Source: Eledone cirrhosa
Lineage: Eukaryota
Direction of reading: 5' to 3'
DNA: 64,000 nucleotides
NCBI GenBank assembly: GCA_964016885.1
Contig: OZ024765.1
Location: 17,980,001-18,044,000 of the forward strand
The position numbers were made by a program, and so were the translations under genes. Positions 43,043 through 56,447 of the stretch are shown here, one piece after another (within the stretch, counting starts at the first letter, position 1; each line of letters begins with the position of its first letter). The notes below the pieces were generated by a model that searched no databases, was not told where the DNA came from, and worked only from the letters and a program-made list of their open reading frames with translations.

Positions 43043-43470
43043 AAGTATTAATAAAATAGATGTTTTTTGATCAATTACATTTTATTATACATATTTCGGA
43101 TGTACAACAGTACGTCCTCATCAGAGAAAATATAATGATACATGACATACCCTGAGATGTTAAATGGTTAAGATTTAATCAAGGTAGTATTTCCAAGATT
43201 TCAGAGTGATTGCATAATTACCTTGATTAAATCTTAACCATTTAACATCTCAGTGTATGTCATGTATCATTATATTTTGTCTGATGAGGACGTACTGTTG
43301 TACATCCAAAATATGTATAATAAAATGTAATTGATCAAAAGAACATCTATTTTATTAATACTTATATTAATAACTCCTGAAAATTATTTTGCCGTTGAGT
43401 GCTTCCAATCTACTGTAAAAATCATTCTTTGACATAATCATCGAATATTGTTTAACAATTTAATACTTAT
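43043..43470 (+). mobile_element. Fold-back Penelope-like remnant, family E
   Basis: Arms about 43043-43186 / 43219-43363 plus tail. The spacer matches 44194-44225. Confidence 0.85.
43074..43136 (-). ncRNA. Minimal type I hammerhead ribozyme
   Basis: attatattttct-CTGATGA-ggacgtac(tgtt)gtacatcc-GAAA-t-atgt-ATA-ataaaatgtaat. The plus-arm twin at 43269-43331 has GAAA changed to AAAA. Confidence 0.85.
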
Positions 43471-43512
43471 ATATATATATATACATGCATATATATATAT
43501 ATATATATATAT

Positions 43513-43610
43513 AACGTTGAAGGAGATAGAAGGCTAAAGAATATGGTTTAGCCTTCTATTTCTTTCAACGTTTATATTTTATATACAATGCTTCAAAGTA
43601 ACTATAACAT

Positions 43611-43612
<2 letters not shown>
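43513..43612 (+). mobile_element. Mini fold-back related to the tail of the GIY-YIG-bearing element
   Basis: aacgttgaaggagatagaaggctaaa / tttagccttctatttctttcaacgtt. Tail caatgcttcaaagtaactata resembles 11140-11205. Confidence 0.6.
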
Positions 43613-43700
<88 letters not shown>

Positions 43701-43899
43701 GTATGTGGAAGATGGACGCTAAACGATGATGAAGATGATGATGATGTATATATATATATATATAATTAGTTTTGCAATCGAAGCAGTTTAAACTTAATTA
43801 TCGGGCAAAGAAATCTGATAGTAATATTTTCACTCTATTTTCCTTAAATATAGAACACAAATTAGAATAACTGTCTTACTGACCTTAACTTGTAACACC

Positions 43900-43996
43900 T
43901 CAACAGTCTGACGAACAGATCGATACTGCAGTCGTATCTATAGCTTCCAAAGATGATCTTGTGCCAATCATCTGTGAAACGCGCGTAACTGGTTGA
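43900..43996 (+). ncRNA. Type I hammerhead ribozyme
   Basis: tcaacagt-CTGACGA-acagat...atctgt-GAAAC-GCGC-GTA-actggttga. Canonical core, GUA triplet, palindromic loop III. Confidence 0.9.
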
Positions 43997-44242
43997 TACA
44001 CGATAAACACTATTTCTGAGCAAAATATGAGGGTTTTACTTTAATATATACACCCTACCTTTGGTATGCATTGGGTTGTCATATTGTTACCACCGCCTGT
44101 AATTCACTGAATCACTTTATATATATATATATAACGAATATGGGAGACGATTCCCTGTGCACATCTTTTTTTTATTACATATTTCTGTAATACGTATTTC
44201 GAAGATTTCAGAGTGATTGCATAATAACCACTGACGCACACG

Positions 44243-44276
<34 letters not shown>

Positions 44277-44632
44277 CATAGACACATACACACATATATA
44301 AATATATGTGTGTATGTGTGTATGGGGTCTTTTTTTGCACATATATTCTGTCATATTTGAGATCTGAGAAAATTTTCGGGGAAGTCAGTGGGCCCGGTAA
44401 CTATGATATTGAAACGATTGTAATATACCAGTAAAATCTATACATATACTCTAACGGGGAGTTCAATTCTACTTACTCTGATTTACACTCTCCAGGCTAC
44501 AGCTGCCTTCCGTCTGGAACACAACCCAACAGTTCAACCATTGTAACAACATCGACTATTTCGAACGTCGACTGATCTTTAACTCAAGTAACCCACTTAC
44601 CACACATACACAAACAAATACTCATACGCCCC

Positions 44633-44672
<40 letters not shown>

Positions 44673-44714
44673 TGTAATGTCTAGGCCATGCATATATATA
44701 TATATATATATATG

Positions 44715-45233
44715 AATAAATTTAGTCCTTCATCAGTGATTTTCCAACCATCATTGGTATTTCATCGCTTTAAAGACCATATACCTCCGGTTGGTGCGAT
44801 CAACGGCTAAAAAAAGTCGTTGGGACACGTAAATAAAGGGGACACGAGTGTAAACAAACAAAGATGGTGAAGCAACGAAAAGTGAGGAAGAAGAAGTCAA
44901 GTCCCAAATTTCTATGAATATAAATTCGGTGAAATCGTGAACGAGAGAGAATAAAGACCATCAAACCTGGTTGGAATGTGAGCAAGGAAGGAATTCCGTA
45001 CAGGTCTAACGGGAGGAAGAAGGGGTCTGGTCTGTGAATTCGGTGAACGTAAGTTCTGTGAAATCGTAGACGAGAGAGAGAAAAAAAGCGAACCTGCCTG
45101 ACCAAGGGTGCGAAAGAAAAGAATTACGCACAGGTCAAACGGGAAGACGGAGGAGGAGGAGAGGTAGTAACAGTGAGTGAAGGGTGAGGAAGAAGCTAAC
45201 GGAGAGAGTGACTGCGAGAGAGGGTAAAGATAC

Positions 45234-45309
<76 letters not shown>

Positions 45310-46192
45310 GTAAATATGATGATAATAATGGAGCTGCGGCGTTGCAAATGGGATACATATGAAAAAGTGAGTCCTTCATCAGTGACCCTCCAACCGTCCT
45401 CGGCATTTCATCGCTTTAAGGGCCATGCCTCAGGTTGGTGCGAACAACGGCTAAAAAAAGTCGTTGGGACACGTAAATAAAGGGGGACGCTAGAGTAACA
45501 ACAAAAGGGTTTAAGCAACGGAAAGTGAGTAGAAATAGACAAGTCCCAGATCTCTATGAATATAAACTCTGTGAAATCGTGAACAAGAGACGAAAGACCA
45601 TCAGACCTGGTTGAAATGTGAGCAAGGAAAGAATTTCGCCCAAGTTTGACGGGGGGGGAAAAAGAGAGAGAGAGAGAAAGAAAAAGGAGAGAAGAGGAAG
45701 AAGAAGAAGAAGAAGAAGAAGAAGAAGAAGAAGAAGAAGAAGAAGATAAGGGGGTCTGGTCCACGAATTCGGTAAACGCAAGTTTTGTGAAGTCGCAGAC
45801 GAAAGAGAGAGAAAAAAAATTCCATACCAGCTCGGTCAAGACTGCGCGAGAAAAGAATTACACACAGGTCAAACTTGAAGGAGGAGGAGGAAAGAGGAGG
45901 AGGAGAGGTAGTGACAGAGAGTGAGTGAGTGAAAGTTGAGGAGAGAGTAACAGAGAGGGAGACTGCTAGAAGTGGTAAAGATACAGGGAACGAAACAGAC
46001 GAAGGCAGCATGGAAAAATTATATGTGTAAATATGATGATAATAATGGAGCTGCGGCGTTGCAAATGGGATACATATGAAAAAGTGAGTCCTTCATCAGT
46101 GACCCTCCAACCGTCCTCGGCATTTCATCGGCCCTTAAAGTGATGAAATGCCGAGGACGGTTGGAGGGTCACTGATGAAGGACTCACTTTTT

Positions 46193-46198
<6 letters not shown>
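44715..46198 (-). mobile_element. Tandem plus terminal-inverted repeat element (Penelope-like layout)
   Basis: Diverged copies at 44720-45235 and 45308-46020, a direct repeat 46025-46130 of 45308-45413, then an inverted arm 46130-46196. Confidence 0.65.
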
Positions 46199-46245
<47 letters not shown>

Positions 46246-46405
46246 TAGTTATTTGTTAGTTTCAGAAGATTCCGTTAGGGTGAAAACAACGATTCTTTGC
46301 TTAAACTTTAATCTGTTATTTTAATAAATATTTGCTCTACGGTTCTTATATATTTGATACATATTTATCCTTATCGAGCCCTCTTTGGATTTTAGTCTTC
46401 AAATT

Positions 46406-46454
<49 letters not shown>

Positions 46455-46484
46455 GTGTGTGTGCCTATGTGTGTATGTATGTAT

Positions 46485-46850
46485 CTAATGCGGGTAAAAT
46501 TCCCGAGATCCATGGACGAGTTCTCTCCAGCGGTCTCTGTCCCTCATTATCGCTGCCATGTCCTGCGTCTCCAACAGACCAGTGTCTTCTGTCCTTAGGG
46601 CATCAACATATGTAAACCGCGGTCTACCTCTTCCAGTGTGTCCATGCAGGGGCTCCCACAGGAGCACTGTGTGCAATGTCAACTCTGGATGTCGGTGAGC
46701 ATGTCCAGCTAACCCCAGTCTCCTCTGTGCTACTTTCGAGCTGACTTTTGAGAGGCTCTCGTACAGCTCTGAGTTCTTCATCCTCAGTGTATAGTGATTA
46801 ATGTTCTGAGCTTTCCTCAGCATACTCGTGAAGCACCCATCCACCATCTG
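46485..46850 (-). mobile_element. RTE LINE 3' fragment
   Basis: DGCFTSMLRKAQN...RRLGLAGHAHRHPE...LLWEPLHG..GRGRPRFTYVD...MRDRDRWRELV. Confidence 0.9.
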
Positions 46851-46858
46851 AATGGGTT

Positions 46859-46940
<82 letters not shown>

Positions 46941-46968
46941 CTCAACAGCCACTATATGTACAACTCAC

Positions 46969-47039
46969 CTCAAATACAGAAGTTTTCTTTTATTCATCTT
47001 TCCACTTCTTTCAGTTCTAATCTACTAAGCTTTTTGAAC
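46969..47039 (-). other. Candidate 71-nt spliced exon
   Basis: Acceptor ttatttattactttgcag, donor GAG|gtgagt. Internal ATG at 46997 gives MNKRKLLYL. Confidence 0.45.
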
Positions 47040-47050
47040 CTGCAAAGTAA

Positions 47051-47081
<31 letters not shown>

Positions 47082-47230
47082 ATATATATATATATATATA
47101 TGGAAAGTTATATTTAAATTGTTGGGTTACAACTAGTAAATATTAATAACTGATATAAAAGCACTCGACAAGTATTTGGAGTATATTTACGATATTAAAT
47201 AAATGGAAACTATATTTATAAAACCATATT

Positions 47231-47296
47231 TATTTCATTATATATATTTCAGGGATATCATATTAACAATATGCTATGCCTTCCTCAGACAAAATA
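47231..47296 (-). ncRNA. Minimal type I hammerhead ribozyme
   Basis: Reverse-complement twin of 47433-47498. Confidence 0.85.
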
Positions 47297-47432
47297 CAAT
47301 ATAAACAGTTTTATAGATAAATAGATTTGACATACCGTACAACATCGACTTGTATTTGAAAAGTTGAATTGGCATACAAGTCGATGTTGTACGGTATGTC
47401 AAATCTATTTATCTATAAAACTGTTTATATTG

Positions 47433-47498
47433 TATTTTGTCTGAGGAAGGCATAGCATATTGTTAATATGATATCCCTGAAATATATATAATGAAATA
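47433..47498 (+). ncRNA. Minimal type I hammerhead ribozyme
   Basis: tattttgt-CTGAGGA-agg.ata.catatt(gtt)aatatg.tat.cct-GAAA-t-ATAT-ATA-atgaaata. Confidence 0.85.
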
Positions 47499-47538
47499 AA
47501 TATGGTTTTATAAATATAGTTTCCATTTATTTAATATC

Positions 47539-47601
<63 letters not shown>

Positions 47602-47784
47602 TATAAATACTAGAGTGTGTTGGAGTTCAACACCCTCTTCATATTATAGAAATGACAGTATAAGATATAGCTCAATGTAATTAATAGGACGAAACATTGT
47701 TGGATAATAAAGACTTTTGATGTATTGAAGGCTTCTTTGGTTTATTTTTTATAATATATATATATATATATATATAAATAACAG

Positions 47785-48061
47785 GACTTAAAGTGGGAGG
47801 TAAAAAGGATTTGGAACTGCCATGAAGTCAGAGTCGTCCCGATTGTCACAGGCGCACTAGGTACTATCTCGAAGAGTTTTCAAGGATGGTTAAAGAAGAT
47901 TAGTCCAGCCCCGCTTTTGGAACACCTCAAAAGGCATGCTTGCTGGGAATAGCAAGAACACTGCGATACGTCCTGAATATCTGAGGCGGCAGGTAGCAGC
48001 TAGATATTCATTTCAACAAACTTTCCAGTTAAATAACATCAATGACTGAGACTCAAAGAAC

Positions 48062-48103
<42 letters not shown>
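47785..48103 (+). mobile_element. R4/Dong-like LINE 3' end with (TAA)n tail
   Basis: DLKWEVKRIWNCHEVRVVPIVTGALGTISK...(frameshift)QKACLLGIARTLRYVLNI*, then (TAA)n at 48062-48103, the known Dong target. Confidence 0.85.
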
Positions 48104-48104
<1 letters not shown>

Positions 48105-48288
48105 TAATTGTTTCTACTTTGGCATAAGGCCAGAAGTTATGCCAGTGAATTACTGGTACTTTATTTTATCGACCCCGTAAGGATGAAAGATAAAGTTAAC
48201 ATCGGCAGGATTTGAACTCAGACCGTAAAGGGACGTAACTCTATGATGCAAAGCATATCGTCCGACCCTCTACGGAGACTGCCAATCA
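48105..48288 (-). mobile_element. Main-family SINE
   Basis: Consensus match. Confidence 0.85.
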
Positions 48289-48289
48289 A

Positions 48290-48420
48290 ATCATCATCCG
48301 GCGGCCTCAGCCGAATTCGACTCAACAATTGATTTACACGTGGGTCTGTCGTTCATTGCCGCTGCCAAATCCTGGTTTTCAATACCAGAATATCTGGAGA
48401 TGACATCGGGATAGGAGAGT
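48290..48420 (-). mobile_element. RTE LINE extreme 3' end
   Basis: LSYPDVISRYSGIENQDLAAAMNDRPTCKSIV...* followed by gatgatgat. Confidence 0.75.
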
Positions 48421-50868
48421 TTGCTCCCCTGTTATTAGTGACTGCTTGTGGTTTCCAAAGCACTAATGGGGATACAGCCTCATAGGTGCCACGATGGCAG
48501 TGACCAGCAAATCGAGAGAGGAGAGCTTGCGCCCCCTGTTATTAGTGACTGCTTGTGGTTTCCACAGCACTGACGGGGACACAGCCTCATAGGTGCCACG
48601 ATGGCAGTGACCAGTAAATCGAGATAGGAGAGCTTGCGCCCCCTGTTATTAGTGACTGCTTGTGGTTTCCAAAGCACTAATGGGGACACAGCCTCATAGG
48701 TGCCACGATGGCAGTGACCAGCAAATCGAGAGAGGAGAGCTTGCGCCCCCTGTTATTAGTGACTGCTTGTGGTTTCCACAGCACTGACGGGGACACAGCC
48801 TCATAGGTGCCACGATGGCAGTGACCAGCAAATCGAGAGAGGAGAGCTTGCGCCCCCTGTTATTAGTGACTGCTTGTGGTTTCCAAAGCACTGACGGGGA
48901 CACAGCCTCATAGGTGCCACGATGGCAGTGACCAGCAAATCGAGAGAGGAGAGCTTGCGCCCCCTGTTATTAGTGACTGCTTGTGGTTTCCAAAGCACTG
49001 ACGGAGACACAGCCTCATAGGTGCCACGATGGCAGTGACCAGTAAATCGAGAGAGGAGAGCTTGCGCCCCCTGTTATTAGTGACTGCTTGTGGTTTCCAA
49101 AGCACTGACGGGGACACAGCCTCATAGGTGCCACGATGGCAGTGACCAGCAAATCGAGAGAGGAGAGCTTGCGCCCCCTGTTATTAGTGACTGCTTGTGG
49201 TTTCCACAGCACTGACGGGGACACAGCCTCATAGGTGCCACGATGGCAGTGACCAGTAAATCGAGATAGGAGAGCTTGCGCCCCCTGTTATTAGTGACTG
49301 CTTGTGGTTTCCAAAGCACTGACGGGGACACAGCCTCATAGGTGCCACGATGGCAGTGACCAGTAAATCGAGAGAGGAGAGCTTGCGCCCCCTGTTATTA
49401 GTGACTGCTTGTGGTTTCGAAAGCACTAATGGGGACACAGCCTCATAGGTGCCACGATGGCAGTGACCAGTAAATCGAGAGAGGGGAGCTTGCGCCCCCT
49501 GTTATTAGTGACTGCTTGTGGTTTCCAAAGCACTGACTGGGACACAGCCTCATAGGTGCCACGATGGCAGTGACCAGTAAATCGAGAGAGGGGAGCTTGC
49601 GCCCCCTGTTATTAGTGACTGCTTGTGGTTTCCAAAGCACTGACGGGGACACAGCCTCATAGGTGCCACGATGGCAGTGACCAGTAAATCGAGAGAGGGG
49701 AGCTTGCGCCCCCTGTTATTAGTGACTGCTTGTGGTTTCCAAAGCACTGACGGGGACACAGCCTCATAGGTGCCACGATGGCAGTGACCAGTAAATCGAG
49801 AGAGGGGAGCTTGCGCCCCCTGTTATTAGTGACTGCTTGTGGTTTCCAAAGCACTGACTGGGACACAGCCTCATAGGTGCCACGATGGCAGTGACCAGTA
49901 AATCGAGAGAGGAGAGCTTGCGCCCCCTGTTATTAGTGACTGCTTGTGGTTTCCACAGCACTGACGGGGACACAGCCTCATAGGTGCCACGATGGCAGTG
50001 ACCAGTAAATCGAGAGAGGGGAGCTTGCTCCCCCTGTTATTAGTGACTGCTTGTGGTTTCCAAAGCACTGACTGGGACACAGCCTCATAGGTGCCACGAT
50101 GGCAGTGACCAGTAAATCGAGAGAGGGGAGCTTGCGCCCCCTGTTATTAGTGACTGCTTGTGGTTTCCAAAGCACTGACGGGGACACAGCCTCATAGGTG
50201 CCACGATGGCAGTGACCAGTAAATCGAGAGAGGGGAGCTTGCTCCCCCTGTTATTAGTGACTGCTTGTGGTTTCGAAAGCACTAATGGGGACACAGCCTC
50301 ATAGGTGCCACGATGGCAGTGACCAGCAAATCGAGAGAGGAGGGCTTGCGCCCCCTGTTATTAGTGACTGCTTGTGGTTTCCAAAGCACTGACGGGGACA
50401 CAGCCTCATAGGTGCCACGATGGCAGTGACCAGTAAATCGAGAGAGGGGAGCTTGCGCCCCCTGTTATTAGTGACTGCTTGTGGTTTCCAAAGCACTGAC
50501 GGGGACACAGCCTCATAGGTGCCACGATGGCAGTGACCAGTAAATCGAGAGAGGGGAGCTTGCGCCCCCTGTTATTAGTGACTGCTTGTGGTTTCCAAAG
50601 CACTGACGGGGACACAGCCTCATAGGTGCCACGATGGCAGTGACCAGTAAATCGAGAGAGGGGAGCTTGCGCCCCCTGTTATTAGTGACTGCTTGTGGTT
50701 TCCAAAGCACTGACGGGGACACAGCCTCATAGGTGCCACGATGGCAGTGACCAGTAAATCGAGAGAGGGGAGCTTGCGCCCCCTGTTATTAGTGACTGCT
50801 TGTGGTTTCCAAAGCACTGACGGGGACACAGCCTCATAGGTGCCACGATGGTAGTGGCCAGAAAATCT
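48420..50868 (-). repeat. 107-bp satellite made from RTE ORF sequence, about 23 copies
   Basis: ORF track shows a 107-bp period. Unit reads RFAGHCHRGTYEAVSPSVLWKPQAVTNNRGRKLS. Confidence 0.92.
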
Positions 50869-50909
50869 TACTCTCCTCTTACGTACAACGATGATGATGG
50901 TTTCTTATA

Positions 50910-51450
50910 TAGGCACAAGGCTAGCAATTCGGGGGGGGGGGGGTCGATTAAATTGACCCCGTAAGGATGAAAGTCAAAGTTAACCTCAGCGGGATTTGAA
51001 CTCAGATCATAAAGGGCCGTAACTCTATGCTGCAAGGCATGACGTACAACCATAATAAGTGTTTCTACTTTTGGCACAAGGCCAGCAATTATCCAGTACA
51101 TTACTGGTACTTTATTTAATCGACCCCGTAAGGATGAAAGGCAAAGTTAACCTCGGCGGGATTTGAACTCAGATCGTAAAGAGAGGTTACTCTTTGCGTC
51201 AAAGCATGGCGTCCGACCCTCTACCGATACTGCCAATCCACCGCCCTCACGTACAACGATAATAATGGTTTCTTATATAGGCACAAGGCCAGTAATTTGG
51301 AGGGAGGGGAAAGTCGATTAAATCGACCCCATAAGGATGAAAAGCAAAGTTAATCTCGACGGGATTTGAGCGCAGATCATAAAGTGCCGTAACTCTATGC
51401 TGCAGAGCATGGCGTCCGACCCTCTACCGATACTGCCAATCCACCGCCCT
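50910..51450 (-). mobile_element. Three tandem main-family SINE units
   Basis: Consensus match with acgtacaacgat linkers. Confidence 0.85.
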
Positions 51451-51504
51451 ACGTACAACGATAATAATAAAAGGAATAGTAGGCGGTGGATTGGCAATTT
51501 AAAG

Positions 51505-52750
51505 GTGTTGGCATAGTGGTAAAGGTGTTGGAGTTACGATCATAATATCGTAGGTTCGATTCATATTTCCTGGACTGGGTTTTGAGTTATGTTCTTGAAC
51601 AAAACACTTCATTTGACGTTGCTTCAGTAGTTAAGGTGTTGGACTAACGATCATAATGTCGTGGGTTCGATTACTTGGCTGGGGTGTGTGTAGTGTTCTT
51701 GGGCAAGAAACTTCATTTCACGTTGCTCCAGTGGTTAAAGTGTTGGACTTAGTATCACTGGGTTGTGTGTTGTGTTCTTGGGCAAGAAACTTCATTTCAC
51801 GTTTCTCCAGTGGTTAAAGTGTTGGACTTAGTATCACTGGGTTGTGTGTTGTGTTCTTGGGCAAGAAACTTCATTTCACGTTTCTCCAGTGGTTAAAGTG
51901 TTGGACTTAGTATCATTGGGTTGTGAGTTGTGTTCTTGGGCAAGAAACTTCATTTCACGTTGCTCCAGTGGTTAAATTGTTGGACTTAGTATCACTGGGT
52001 TGTGTGTTGTGTTCTTGGGCAAGAAACTTCATTTCACGTTTCTCCAGTGGTTAAAGTGTTGGACTTAGTATCATTGGGTTGTGAGTTGTGTTCTTGAGCA
52101 AGAAACTTCATTTCACGTTGCTCCAGTGGTTAAATTGTTGGACTTAGTATTACTGGGTTGTGTGTTGTGTTCTTGGGCAAGAAACTTCATTTCACGTTTC
52201 TCCAGTGGTTAAAGTGTTGGACTTAGTATCACTGGGTTGTGTGTTGTGTTCTTGGGCAAGAAACTTCATTTCACGTTTCTCCAGTGGTTAAAGTGTTGGA
52301 CTTAGTATCATTGGGTTGTGAGTTGTGTTCTTGGGCAAGAAACTTCATTTCACGTTGCTCCAGTGGTTAAATTGTTGGACTTAGTATCACTGGGTTGTGT
52401 GTTGTGTTCTTGGGCAAGAAACTTCATTTCACGTTTCTCCAGTGGTTAAAGTGTTGGACTTAGTATCACTGGGTTGTGTGTTGTGTTCTTGGGCAAGAAA
52501 CTTCATTTCACGTTTCTCCAGTGGTTAAAGTGTTGGACTTAGTATCATTGGGTTGTGAGTTGTGTTCTTGGGCAAGAAACTTCATTTCACGTTGCTCCAG
52601 TGGTTAAATTGTTGGACTTAGTATCACTGGGTTGTGTGTTGTGTTCTTGGGCAAGAAACTTCATTTCACGTTTCTCCAGTGTTAGACTTAGTATCACTGG
52701 TTTGTGTGTTGTGTTCTTTAGCAAAACGCTTCGTTTCACGTTCGTTCAAT
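51505..52750 (+). repeat. 79-bp satellite from the second-family SINE head, about 13 copies after two longer units
   Basis: Period 51731, 51810, 51889. The first two units keep ggttcgatt; the amplified unit lacks it. Confidence 0.9.
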
Positions 52751-52860
52751 GGAAATGGGGTTGCATTTATGCTAAGAATGTCGTGGGGTCGATACCTGAA
52801 CTGCGTTGTGTTTTGTTATTAACAGGAAATACTTAATTTCACATTATATACTCACTATAT

Positions 52861-53047
52861 AAGGTCGGTGAATTGGCAGTATCGGTAGAGGGTTGGACGC
52901 CATGCTTTCTAGCATAGTTACGTCCCTTTACAGTTTGAGTTCAAATCCCGCCGAGGTTAACTTTGCCTTTCATCCTTACGGGGTCGATAAAATAAAGTAC
53001 CAGTAATATACTGGGTAATTGCTGGCATTGTGCCTAAAGTAGAAACA
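52861..53047 (+). mobile_element. Full-length main-family SINE with 18-bp TSD
   Basis: attatatactcactatat at 52843-52860 and 53048-53065. Interrupts the second-family SINE body, which resumes at 53066. Confidence 0.92.
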
Positions 53048-53464
53048 ATTATATACTCACTATATTCAGCTGAAAATGAGTACCAGCAAAAGCTGGAGGG
53101 GAAGGTTAACCCAGCATTGGACAGGTGTCAACTCCATGGGAGATTCTTATAATCTCAGTTAATTATCAAGAAGTTAAGCAGGACTGTCATAGTCTCGATG
53201 AAAACCCGGTTTAGAGCGAGAGTTCAGACTGAGAATGTTAGACAGAATACTTGGCGTGTTCTGTGTTCCAGCTCTGAGCAGTCGGAGTTCAAAACCCGGT
53301 GAGGTCAATTGCGTGTTTGATCCTCCTATATCTCATTTACCTCCCATCCCAAACACAGAGACACACAGAAACATACATGCATACATACATAGACACATAC
53401 AGAAACACACACACACACTCTCTCTCTCTCTCTCTCACCCAGCCCTCCTCTCTCACACTCTACT

Positions 53465-53835
53465 TTTTCTTCTTTTTCTTTTTCTTTTTCTTTTTCTTTT
53501 TCTTTTTCTTTTTCTTTTTCTTCTCCGTTCTTTTCTTTTTTTCTTTTTCTTTTCTTTTTGCTTCTTCTACTTTTTTTTCTTGTCCTTTTTTCTTTTATTC
53601 TTTTTTCTTTTTTTTCTTTTTCTTCTTTTTCTTTTCTTTTTCTTCTTTTTCTTCTTCTTCTCCTCCCCCTCCTTCTTTTCCTTCTCCTTTGTACTTTTTT
53701 CTTCTTCTTCTTCTCCCTCTCCTTCTTTTTCTTCTTTTTACTTTTTTCTTCTTCTTCTTCTTCTTCTTCTTCTTCCCCTCCTTTTTCTTCTTTTCCTATT
53801 CTTCTTCTTCTCCTCCTCCTCTTCTCCTTCTTCTC
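53465..53835. repeat. Polypyrimidine (TTC/TTTTTC)n tract
   Basis: Directly visible. Confidence 0.95.
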
Positions 53836-54002
53836 CACATTCCCCTCCTACTCTCTCAGTTATATCAACTTTACCCACTACTCCCATTCACCCCTACCTC
53901 CCACTGTCACTCTGCAATGATCTCATTGTCTCATCCTATACTCCCCCCCTCCCTTACTCCTTATCTCCCATCGTTCTCGTTCTTCCTTGTTATGTTACAT
54001 TG

Positions 54003-54052
<50 letters not shown>

Positions 54053-54107
54053 TATAATCATATATATATATATACATATGTATATATATATATATATACA
54101 TATGTAT

Positions 54108-54170
<63 letters not shown>

Positions 54171-54218
54171 TATATACATATGTATCAATATGTATATATA
54201 TATATGTATATATATATA

Positions 54219-54268
<50 letters not shown>

Positions 54269-54337
54269 ATATATACATATGTACATATGCCTATATATAT
54301 ATACATATGTACATATGCCTATATATATATGTACATA

Positions 54338-54393
<56 letters not shown>

Positions 54394-54457
54394 TATATAT
54401 ACATATGTACATATGCATATATATATATACATATATATATACATATGCATATATATA

Positions 54458-54523
<66 letters not shown>

Positions 54524-54706
54524 TATATATATACATATATATATATGATTATATATATACATATATATATGATTATATATATACATATATATATGATTAT
54601 ATATATACATATACATATACATATGTATATATATATGTATGCACATGTACATATATATATAGCTATTATTTAGACTCTGACAATGTGTACATGCCTTTAT
54701 ATGTGC

Positions 54707-54772
<66 letters not shown>

Positions 54773-55086
54773 CTGTATATGTATCTATATAAATATATTT
54801 GTATTGTGTGTGTGTGTGTGTGCATATGTTTCTGTTTATGCACAGCTATATGTGTATGTGTGTGTGTATGTATGTGTGTGTGTGTGTGTGTGTGTGGTGG
54901 AATCGTGTTAACAGCGTTGATTAGATGGGAAATGATGCAATCTAGGAATTTCAACTGGTCTCTCGTAAGTCTTGTCTGGTTGTGTGGTTTAATGTTGATG
55001 GTGGCGGTGGGAGAGCTGGGGGGAGACGGAGGCAGACATTGCTAAATAGACATATATATATATATATGCATATATATTTATATATA

Positions 55087-55159
<73 letters not shown>

Positions 55160-55178
55160 GCATATATATATATATATG

Positions 55179-55255
<77 letters not shown>

Positions 55256-55296
55256 GTATATATATATATATGTGTATATATATATATACATATATG

Positions 55297-55432
<136 letters not shown>

Positions 55433-55464
55433 TGTATATATATACATATATGTATATATATATG

Positions 55465-55517
<53 letters not shown>

Positions 55518-55544
55518 GTATATATATATGTATATATATATATG

Positions 55545-56216
<672 letters not shown>

Positions 56217-56386
56217 TATATACATAGATAGATATATATATATAGGAAAAAGTTTAAACCGACGACGGAACTCAACCCGTTTCGACGGTTATATATATAT
56301 TATATAATAATAAAGTACCAGTAATACACTGAGTTATTGCTGGCCTTGTGCCAAAAAAGTAGAAACAATTATATATATTATATATA

Positions 56387-56446
<60 letters not shown>

Positions 56447-56447
<1 letters not shown>

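Larger units (their letters stand above)
47101..47541 (-). mobile_element. Fold-back Penelope-like remnant, family G
   Basis: Apparently perfect arms 47188-47355 / 47374-47541, tail 47101-47187, (TA)n flanks. Confidence 0.88.

Noticed and set aside
46139-46176. Box C/D snoRNA (gtgatga...ctga)
   Set aside because: Only about 25 nt between the boxes, box C differs in the other copies, and it lies inside a repeat.
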